The notes under the pieces were generated by a model. The model had not been told where the DNA came from, did no database searches, and worked only from the letters and a program-made list of their open reading frames with translations. Shown here piece by piece: positions 27,705-35,606 of a stretch of DNA of 64,000 nt. This DNA is from Candidatus Obscuribacteraceae bacterium (lineage in GTDB: Bacteria > Cyanobacteriota > Vampirovibrionia > Obscuribacterales > Obscuribacteraceae). The stretch spans positions 928,001 through 992,000 of the forward strand of contig JBGASG010000001.1 of assembly GCA_044229845.1 (NCBI GenBank), written 5' to 3'. The position numbers and the translations under genes are program-made. Positions within the stretch are counted from its first letter, which is position 1. Each line of letters starts with the position of its first letter.

Positions 27705-29699
27705 ATGGATGAGTTGAAAGAGGACGTGGCGCGGGCAACCGCGACCGATGCGGATGCGTTGGTCGGCACCGTGCTGGATGGCAGATATCGCCTGCTCAAG
27801 TTGATTGGGCGCGGCGGTTTCAGCGCTGTCTATCAGGCGCTCCACGAAGAGACCGACCGCCTCGTCGCCATCAAACTCCTCCTCCCGCACTTCTGGGATG
27901 ACACATCGAAGATCCGCCGCTTCCAGGCTGAGTCGCGCACGCTCTCGACCCTCGAGCATCCCAACATCGGTCAGGTCTACGCATTTGGTGTCACCCCTGA
28001 TGGCAGTGCGTACCTCGTGCTCGAGTATCTTCCGGGGCGAACGTTGCGCGAGCTCATCCCCGAAACCGGCATGCCCACTGACGAAATCATCTACATCTTC
28101 AAGCAGATTGCTGCCGCTGTCGCCTTTGCGCACGACCGCAACATCGTGCACCGCGACCTGAAACCCGACAACGTCATCGTGCTCGATCACGCCGCCGAAA
28201 AGACGTTCGCGCACGACGTGAAGGTGCTCGATTTCGGCATCGCCAAGCTCCTCACCGCGGACGCGGAGCAACGCCAGAAGTTAACCGCCACCGGAGTGGT
28301 GCTCGGCACGCCTCGCTATATGAGTCCCGAGCAGATGGGGTCTGCGCAGCCGGATGTGCGTTCCGACATTTATTCATTCGGGTGCATCCTTTACCAGGCG
28401 CTGGCTGGACACCCACCGTTCAGGGGCGAATCCGCGGCCGACCTTTTGACGGCGCATCTCACCCAGCCACCACTGGCGATACCGGAACGCGCCAACGACG
28501 CAGGAAAGCCGCGTAAAGCACTGGCGAAGATCGCTCTCAAGTGCCTGGCGAAAAACAAAGATGACCGTGTGCAGAGCATGCACATCGTCGGCGACCTGCT
28601 TGATGAAATCGAAGAGCACGGTGATTGCGATCCCGGAACAGTAACCGTCTCCGGACGGACGCCCCGATTGCGTCTGCGTTTAATTGGATTGGCGTTGTTG
28701 GTGCTGACTGCGGCCGTTTCGCTGTTCGAGATCATTTCATCGACATCCGTTCCTCCTCCTTCAGCAAAGGACGCCGTCGAAACAGAGCGTCCGCCTGACG
28801 CTCGGTCGCTCGCCTGGCTCGGCACGGACACCAGGGTGAAGGCACTCGAGACGTTCGGCGACGCACACGAGGACGCATCTAAGCGGATTCACCTTTTTGA
28901 AGAATCTCGCCGGTTGTTGACTGAAGCTGTCGACAAAGCCTCCGACCCTAAAGACAAGCGAAACTATCAGCACGAGCTGGCGCTGACACTGGGTTGTATG
29001 AACCGCGATCCTGCGGGTGTCCGTGAGGAGGCGGAGGCGTACTACAAATGCGCAGAAATGGATGCGCAGCTGATCAAGCAAGAGCACGATAAGTTCGAGC
29101 GCTTCAAAATGCGCCGCCGGCAGGCTGCCGCATACCAGAAAGCGCTGGTCTATTACATGTTTGCCTTGAATGATGCCACCATGTCCAAACGCTTGATTAC
29201 GACATTGGTGGCAAACGATAAGCGCGAACATGATCCCACCTGTTACTCGCTGTGGGCGCAGCAAATGGTGGCTCGATATGCGCGCAAACCCGCTGAAGCC
29301 GCTGATTGTGCCGACGGCGTTCTTACCTACCTTCAAAAACATCCGTATCTCGATGACTTCGGATTGGTGCGACACATCGAGGAATCCATCGTCGATTACA
29401 TGGAAGCGGGAATGACACTCGAACAAGCTGAGAAACGAGCCGCCGACCACCTGCCCGAACTCTTGAAAGAGGAGCAGAATCTGGATGTGATGCCTGAAGT
29501 TGATCAGCGGCTGCGCGAGCAGATCCGGCTGCACCGGTTTCACGCCTATGAGATGCGCAGTTATCTCGGCAACATGGGTACGGTGCCGACGTGGGCGTCG
29601 ACTGCCTTCGCGTGGACGCAGCCAGCCGCCGCGTGGGCGCAGCCAGCCGCGGGAACGCAGCCGGCCCGACCGGGAAAAGAGGACGGCTCCCGTGATTGA
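27705..29699 (+). CDS. Membrane-anchored Hanks-type Ser/Thr kinase with helical C-terminal domain
   Basis: GRGGFSAVY, VAIK, HRDLKPDN, DFG and GTPRYMSPE motifs; TM segment LIGLALLVLTAAVSLF. Confidence 0.93.
   Translation: MDELKEDVARATATDADALVGTVLDGRYRLLKLIGRGGFSAVYQALHEETDRLVAIKLLLPHFWDDTSKIRRFQAESRTLSTLEHPNIGQVYAFGVTPDGSAYLVLEYLPGRTLRELIPETGMPTDEIIYIFKQIAAAVAFAHDRNIVHRDLKPDNVIVLDHAAEKTFAHDVKVLDFGIAKLLTADAEQRQKLTATGVVLGTPRYMSPEQMGSAQPDVRSDIYSFGCILYQALAGHPPFRGESAADLLTAHLTQPPLAIPERANDAGKPRKALAKIALKCLAKNKDDRVQSMHIVGDLLDEIEEHGDCDPGTVTVSGRTPRLRLRLIGLALLVLTAAVSLFEIISSTSVPPPSAKDAVETERPPDARSLAWLGTDTRVKALETFGDAHEDASKRIHLFEESRRLLTEAVDKASDPKDKRNYQHELALTLGCMNRDPAGVREEAEAYYKCAEMDAQLIKQEHDKFERFKMRRRQAAAYQKALVYYMFALNDATMSKRLITTLVANDKREHDPTCYSLWAQQMVARYARKPAEAADCADGVLTYLQKHPYLDDFGLVRHIEESIVDYMEAGMTLEQAEKRAADHLPELLKEEQNLDVMPEVDQRLREQIRLHRFHAYEMRSYLGNMGTVPTWASTAFAWTQPAAAWAQPAAGTQPARPGKEDGSRD
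29610..29666 (+). repeat. 21-bp coding tandem repeat at the kinase 1 C-terminus
   Basis: GCGTGGACGCAGCCAGCCGCC / GCGTGGGCGCAGCCAGCCGCG / partial copy; encodes AWTQPAA AWAQPAA GTQPA. Confidence 0.75.
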
Positions 29700-31593
29700 T
29701 CCCGAGGAGCTAATTGCGGAACCGAGCGCGCCGGACCTGGTCGACAAACTCATCGATGGTAAGTATCGCGTGGTGCGTCTCTTAGGCTGCGGCGGGCTGG
29801 CGGCGGTCTACGAAGCGATTCACGAAGAACTCGGACGTCGCGTCGCCATCAAGGCGCTGCTCCCGAAGTGGGCATCAGAGACGCACCAGATCAAAAGATT
29901 TCGTCGCGAGGCGCAGCTGCTCAGCGAAATAAGTCACCCCGGCATTGCCGCTGTGCATGCATGCGGATTGACTGCCGATGGTCAACTCTACCTGTGCCTC
30001 GAGTTCGTCGACGGCACGGCCCTCGATGACTTTCTCAAAAAAGGAAACCGCCTCACGTCCGCACAATGTTGTTCGCTCTTTCTGACCCTGGGCAGCGCGG
30101 TGGCATTCGCTCACGAGAGCGGCATCATTCATCGCGACATCAAACCGCAAAACATCATGATTGCCCTCGACGAAACCAGCGGCAGCATCACCGCGAAGTT
30201 ACTCGACTTCGGCATCGGAAAAATATTCTCGGACGAGGTCGGGCAAAAGCTGACCGCGACCGGAGCCGTGATCGGCAGCCCAGCGTACATGAGCCCCGAG
30301 CAGTTTTCCGGCGGCAGCGTCGACACGCGATCGGACATCTATTCGTTTGGTTGCGTCCTGTACGAAACGCTGACGGGCAGCGCCCCTTTCCAGGCTGAAA
30401 CCGCATTTGAAATGATGGACCTGCACGTCAGCCAGGCACCAAAGCCGATACCACCATCGTCATCGTCGCCGCCTGGAGATCCGGCCCGCGATTCGCTGGC
30501 GCAGGTGGCGCTCAAGTGTCTGGCGAAAAAGCCCGATGATCGATTTGCGTCCATGACCGAGGTGTGCCAGGCGCTCCAGCAAATTCAAGATGCCCCGACT
30601 ATCCCGCTGCGGTTTCGCAAGGCGACTGCATCCCTGTCCAAACCAACTGCGCACGCCGCCAAGCGCCGTGCCGGACGCCGGCGCTTACCGCTCATAGCGG
30701 CGCTTGCCGCCGCTCTCGCTGTCGCGGCGTCAGCCGCGTTTCTTGCCCAGAACAGGACGCAGCCGACCGCGCTGGAGCCGCGTCTCGAAGTCTTCAGCGA
30801 CGATGAGCGCCAGGGCAACAATGCCTACGACCGAGGCGTGGTCGAGACGGATCCGTCTAAGCGCAAAGCCTTGATGAGGCAAGCGGCTGCCAAAATGCGT
30901 CGTCTGCTGGCGTCTTCGCACCAGCCTCGCTTGGACGCAGCCCGCCGGCTGGTTTTGGCGCGCTGCCTGCGCGAAATGCCCGAGGATCCGCAAAGTTTGC
31001 AGGAGTCGCGCCTGCTGTTCAGCCAAGTCCTCCAGATGGCCATCCAGAACAGGCACCTGGTCAAGGAAAGCAACGCGCGCCATGACGTAGCTAATACCGT
31101 CTCCGACTGCTATCTCAACCTGGGCATTATCGACATCCTGGAAAACAAGTTCGATGATGCGGTGGGAAACTTCGAAAGCTGCCGCAAGGAACAGCTGGCA
31201 GGCGGTTCAGAAGGTGACTGGGGACCGCTGTGGGGGCTCGAGCTGGCTTATCGCTATAAGCGCCAGCCGCAGGAGGCGGTGCGGTACGCCCAGTTGAGCG
31301 CCCAGATGTTTCATCTGCGCAGCCTGGACGATGATTTGCGTGGCATGATGCTGGCGGATGCGGCGCTCGATATCAAAGAAGCCGATAAGTGCACGCTGGA
31401 GGCGGCCACTGCGATTGTGCGCAAGGTGGTCGGCGCGCCCACCGCCAGCGAACACCGCGACTTGCGCAATCAGGCAGCTCTCAATTACATGGATAAGGTG
31501 CTGGCCGGCATCGACGACGCGGAAAACGCTCACGCCTACGAAGTGGACAGTCGCATGCTGTTTCGAGACCCGCGACCGCCAAATCTCAGATAG
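29692..31593 (+). CDS. Membrane-anchored Hanks-type Ser/Thr kinase with TPR-like C-terminal domain
   Basis: GCGGLAAVY, HRDIKPQN, DFG and GSPAYMSPE motifs; TM segment LPLIAALAAALAVAASAAFLA. GTG start at 29692 after GAGG, overlapping the kinase 1 stop. Confidence 0.92.
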   Translation: MIDPEELIAEPSAPDLVDKLIDGKYRVVRLLGCGGLAAVYEAIHEELGRRVAIKALLPKWASETHQIKRFRREAQLLSEISHPGIAAVHACGLTADGQLYLCLEFVDGTALDDFLKKGNRLTSAQCCSLFLTLGSAVAFAHESGIIHRDIKPQNIMIALDETSGSITAKLLDFGIGKIFSDEVGQKLTATGAVIGSPAYMSPEQFSGGSVDTRSDIYSFGCVLYETLTGSAPFQAETAFEMMDLHVSQAPKPIPPSSSSPPGDPARDSLAQVALKCLAKKPDDRFASMTEVCQALQQIQDAPTIPLRFRKATASLSKPTAHAAKRRAGRRRLPLIAALAAALAVAASAAFLAQNRTQPTALEPRLEVFSDDERQGNNAYDRGVVETDPSKRKALMRQAAAKMRRLLASSHQPRLDAARRLVLARCLREMPEDPQSLQESRLLFSQVLQMAIQNRHLVKESNARHDVANTVSDCYLNLGIIDILENKFDDAVGNFESCRKEQLAGGSEGDWGPLWGLELAYRYKRQPQEAVRYAQLSAQMFHLRSLDDDLRGMMLADAALDIKEADKCTLEAATAIVRKVVGAPTASEHRDLRNQAALNYMDKVLAGIDDAENAHAYEVDSRMLFRDPRPPNLR

Positions 31594-31713
31594 GGCGCGA
31601 GATACAGGCGTGCACGCCTTGTGAAATAGCTATTGTCAAGCTTACCTCTGAAACCTATAATCAACCCATCCCTCCGCTGCGATCCACCACGTTCGTCAGG
31701 ACTTACTACCCTC

Positions 31714-34068
31714 ATGGGTCAAACTGCAGACGAGCCTCGCCCGGGCGAGGATGCCGTTGCCGGCAAGAATAAGGTGCCCGACAAACCCGACCAACCGGGT
31801 GCCGGCTTTCGCCTGGAATTCCAGGACTGGGTGACCGACCAGAAGAATGTCGGGATGACCCTCCAGCTTTCGACCGTCGGCGACGGCAACAAGTTCAATC
31901 TGCAAAACGGGCTGACTCACATCGATTTCAGCCTCCAGGACCCTCTGCGGGCTGAAACCGAGAAGCTTTTGCTCTCCCAGGCGACCGACAAGATTAAACC
32001 GCCAGGCGCGCCCGGCGACGCCACTGCTCCGGGCGAGCGACCGAAACCCTACACAGGCGAGAATCTCGGGCTCGAGATGGAAGCCAAAGAGGTGACGGTC
32101 GGGCGCAAAGACACCCTCTACTCCCTGGCCCGCAAACAACTGGGCACGGATGCCACGCCGGAGCGCATCGCCGGCTACATCAAAGAAATTCAGCACGCCA
32201 ACAATCTGGAAGGCACCAAAATCATTGCCGGCAGCAAGCTGGCTTTGCCGGGTCACACCGCCGATGGTGCCATGGTCGTCAAACATGGTGCGGTGACCAA
32301 CACCACCTGGCCTGACGGCAAAGAGCGCTTCGAATATGCGGACGGACGTAAGTATGAGCGCACTCCCGGTGCGGACGGTTCATATACCTCGGTGCATACC
32401 GGTCCGCGTCCGGAAGACAACTTCACGTTGCAGCGCACCGCCGATGGCAAGTATCTGATCTCGGACAACACGCCCGGTTCCAAACCGGTGGAAGTCAGCG
32501 ACCAGAGTGATGTGCGCGTTGCGCACGCCAAGTTGCATGACCTGGCGGAAGCGAAAATCAAAGATCCGTCCGAACGTGCCAAGTTCGAAGCCGATATGGC
32601 TCGCTTCGAAGCCCGGGCGCGCGAGCGCGGTTTGAGCCCCGAAGAAGTTTCGAAGACCTACGGCGAAATCGGCAAGCTCATGGAAGCTACGACCGGTGCC
32701 GTTCCGGAAAATCGCCGCATCCAGCTGGCGCAGCAGATCATGTCGCAGGCCGCGGACCCACGCATCATCGATCAAGGTGACAAGAACACCTGTAACGTCA
32801 CCGCAGTCGAAGCGATGATTTACACGACCGATCCTTCGAAAGCCGCTAATCTCGTCACGCAGGTGGCGCTCACCGGCAAATACACCGACCCGGAAGGGCA
32901 CACTGTCACCATCGACAAGAAGAGCCTGCAACCAGATGCCGAGGCGAAGCACCACCCGCCGATCGATGGCGAACGCAGTTTTGCCACACAGCTTTTCAAT
33001 GTCGCGGCCGTCAATCTGGCTTATCAGCGCGAGGGCATAAAGCGACATTACCAACAGGAACGTCCGGACCGCAGCGATCCTGATGACAGCGGTGAACGAC
33101 TCTACGACACGTCGAAGAGACCGCCCAAGGAAATCGCGCGCGAACCTGACCTCGACGATGATCAAATCGTCGAAGCGTATCGCGGCATCACCGGGCGCAG
33201 CACCGACACCGTCATGATCGACTCCGACAATTACGTGACGGGGGACGGTAACAAGGTAGACAAAGTAGGGACCGAAGCGGATCTCAATGCCAAGCTCGCC
33301 GACTTGAAGGCGAAGGGCAAGCTACCGGTGATTATCGGGGTTAACTCAGCGGTCGAGCCTTTCTACAGTGACTCCGGCGGCGGTGCCGCTGGCGGGTCCG
33401 GTGGCGGACACGTAGTGACGGTCACCGATTACAATCCCGGTCCACCGCCGACGGTGGCAGTCGACAACCAGTGGGGATCGAATTCCGACCACCGCGCAAC
33501 CAATATGCCGGTACACGATCTGTGGTTGGCCATGCAGAGCGAGAAAGACGCCCCGGCCGAACTGGAGAAAGACGTGCTGGCAGCCCGCGCCGCCGGCAAA
33601 CCTGATACCTACAAAGAGTTCGAGTTGCTGCGCCTGCAACGTGAAGGCGGCACCATCGACGACAAGACTTACGGCATCAGGCTTGCCGAACAGATTGATG
33701 CTGCGAAGAAACGCGACGACGCCGCGAAAGCCAATGGCACTTTCGACCAAGCGGAGCACGATAAAGCCAAGGCGAAACTCGACCAGATGCTCGAGAACAT
33801 CACCGGACCGCAAGCCCTGGCGCTGAGCATCGAGTCGCACAAACGCGGACTCTTGTCCGATGCCGACGTCAAAGAAGCCCTCGGCACTTTGATGGCAGAG
33901 ACGCTCAAAGAACGGGCCAAGCTGATCAAAGACGGCGAATACAAGGGCGACGACAGGACGAGAATCGAAGGCATGCGGAAGGAGTTCTCCGATTATCTGA
34001 AGACCCTGCCGCCTGAACTGCGGCGCGACATCTTGAAGAAGGTCGAAGAGGAGCGCAAGAAGAAATAA
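31714..34068 (+). CDS. LysM-domain protein with a predicted papain-like Cys-His-Asn catalytic domain
   Basis: LysM (VTVGRKDTLYSLARKQL...NNLEGTKIIAGSKLALP); IDQGDKNTC, GGHVVTV and VDNQWG motifs. Start placed at ATG 31714. Confidence 0.75.
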   Translation: MGQTADEPRPGEDAVAGKNKVPDKPDQPGAGFRLEFQDWVTDQKNVGMTLQLSTVGDGNKFNLQNGLTHIDFSLQDPLRAETEKLLLSQATDKIKPPGAPGDATAPGERPKPYTGENLGLEMEAKEVTVGRKDTLYSLARKQLGTDATPERIAGYIKEIQHANNLEGTKIIAGSKLALPGHTADGAMVVKHGAVTNTTWPDGKERFEYADGRKYERTPGADGSYTSVHTGPRPEDNFTLQRTADGKYLISDNTPGSKPVEVSDQSDVRVAHAKLHDLAEAKIKDPSERAKFEADMARFEARARERGLSPEEVSKTYGEIGKLMEATTGAVPENRRIQLAQQIMSQAADPRIIDQGDKNTCNVTAVEAMIYTTDPSKAANLVTQVALTGKYTDPEGHTVTIDKKSLQPDAEAKHHPPIDGERSFATQLFNVAAVNLAYQREGIKRHYQQERPDRSDPDDSGERLYDTSKRPPKEIAREPDLDDDQIVEAYRGITGRSTDTVMIDSDNYVTGDGNKVDKVGTEADLNAKLADLKAKGKLPVIIGVNSAVEPFYSDSGGGAAGGSGGGHVVTVTDYNPGPPPTVAVDNQWGSNSDHRATNMPVHDLWLAMQSEKDAPAELEKDVLAARAAGKPDTYKEFELLRLQREGGTIDDKTYGIRLAEQIDAAKKRDDAAKANGTFDQAEHDKAKAKLDQMLENITGPQALALSIESHKRGLLSDADVKEALGTLMAETLKERAKLIKDGEYKGDDRTRIEGMRKEFSDYLKTLPPELRRDILKKVEEERKKK

Positions 34069-34131
34069 AGCGGCGATCGAATAGGCGTGATACTGGCGTA
34101 AATAGCGAAACGAAACGAAAAAAGGCAAACA

Positions 34132-34857
34132 ATGAACTGGTCATTAAAAGACGCGATTCAACGAGGCAGAGAAGCGAAGGCTGAAGCCGGCACCACGCCC
34201 GGCGGAACCACCGACGGCAAGACCGGCGATGATGGCACTGCCGCCAGAGAAGCCGACGATCTCTACAATCGTTTGTTCAGGGACGGACCAGAGAACGTTC
34301 AGAAAGGCGTGATCATGGATACCGCCCGCGGCAATGCCGATGGTCGCAAATCCGGAACCGGCGTGGCCGACGTTGGTGCAGTCGGCAATCTGACCTTGCC
34401 AAAAGACTGGCACCAGACCGCGGCGCGCAAAGATTCCACCGGGTACGCATTCACGTTTCGTCCTAATGGAAATGACCGGGTCGCGCTCAGCCTGCTCTAC
34501 AGGGGGCGTCCTCTCGATGATTGCGCGGCGGAAACTCTCAAGTCGGTACTCGACAAACCCGTCGGTTATCAGTTGAATGCCGGTGAGATCGGCGACTTGC
34601 GCACTTTAATCGGTGACAAGGCGGATGGCGATGTATTTTCGTTGAGTTCCGCGAAAGTGCAAGACTTGCATGGCAAGAAAGTGCTTTCGGTCTCGGGCTC
34701 TTATCGAGATGACAATGTCCGTGCCACCAGCTATTTCGTCCCTGCCAGCAGCGACGGTCGCGTCGTGCAGGAACTGGCTTACGTAGCGCCGCAGGACCAA
34801 TATCTGCGATACTGGCAGCAAGCCGACAGTGCATTGCGAACCATCAAGTGGAAATAG
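34132..34857 (+). CDS. Hypothetical protein, possible PsbP/Mog1/DcrB-like fold
   Basis: LTLPKDW, GKKVLSVSG and QELAYVAP...ALRTIKW pattern; paralog of the next gene. The fold call is by eye. Confidence 0.7.
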   Translation: MNWSLKDAIQRGREAKAEAGTTPGGTTDGKTGDDGTAAREADDLYNRLFRDGPENVQKGVIMDTARGNADGRKSGTGVADVGAVGNLTLPKDWHQTAARKDSTGYAFTFRPNGNDRVALSLLYRGRPLDDCAAETLKSVLDKPVGYQLNAGEIGDLRTLIGDKADGDVFSLSSAKVQDLHGKKVLSVSGSYRDDNVRATSYFVPASSDGRVVQELAYVAPQDQYLRYWQQADSALRTIKWK

Positions 34858-35441
34858 ACGATAAGAGCGCCTCTGACAGTCACCTGTATCTAAGCCAGGC
34901 GAAGAAGTCACCGGTTGTGCAGCAGAGACTCGTGCAGCAACAGGAAAAAATCGGTCCACTCGGACCTTTAACTCTACTGATATTGCCGAAGGGCTGGACC
35001 AAGTCCTCCAGCAGCGACAATGCGCGCGGCTACTGCCACAGATTCAGCCCATCCGATAATGCGAAGGTGAGCATCTCAGTGCTTTACCGGGTGCCACCAC
35101 TTCCGCAGACCGAAGCGGACGCCTTGAAGAAACTTCTCGCGGCCGGCCCGCGCACGTTGAGCGACGACGATCTGAAATCCCTGCAACACCTGCTCGGTGA
35201 TTACCGCGATGAATCGGTCTTCAAAACGGAAAAAGCGGAGGTCACCGCAATTGGTGGCAAGCCGGTGCTCGCCATCCAGGGGCATTTCCTCGACGACGAC
35301 GTCTCAGTCTACACGGTGTACAATCCCGCCTCTCACGACCCGCACGTGGTGCAGCAACTGCAGTTCAATGCACCGACCCCCCAATATAAAAAGTATGCGA
35401 GCGCAGCTCGCACCGCTATCCTCAGCGCGTCCCTGCACTAG
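34848..35441 (+). CDS. Hypothetical protein, paralog of 34132..34857
   Basis: LILPKGW...GY..F.P..N..V..S.LYR..PL aligns with the neighbour; overlapping GTG start. Confidence 0.7.
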   Translation: MEIDDKSASDSHLYLSQAKKSPVVQQRLVQQQEKIGPLGPLTLLILPKGWTKSSSSDNARGYCHRFSPSDNAKVSISVLYRVPPLPQTEADALKKLLAAGPRTLSDDDLKSLQHLLGDYRDESVFKTEKAEVTAIGGKPVLAIQGHFLDDDVSVYTVYNPASHDPHVVQQLQFNAPTPQYKKYASAARTAILSASLH

Positions 35442-35474
35442 TCCCCGCACTAAAATACCTATGTGGTATTCAAC

Positions 35475-35573
35475 TTCGATTTGGCATACGCTATTAGTAT
35501 ATTACTCGCGCATGCCTGCAATATACGTATATGGTATGCCAAATCGAAAATGGCATACCATATACGTATATTG
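35475..35573. repeat. Nested AT-rich inverted repeats between convergent genes
   Basis: Perfect 23-bp IR at 35519-35541 / 35551-35573 (9-nt loop), plus a 15-bp IR at 35475-35489 / 35534-35548. Confidence 0.9.
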
Positions 35574-35606
35574 TGCTAACACGGCAGATTTGCGCAGTGC
35601 GTCGTA

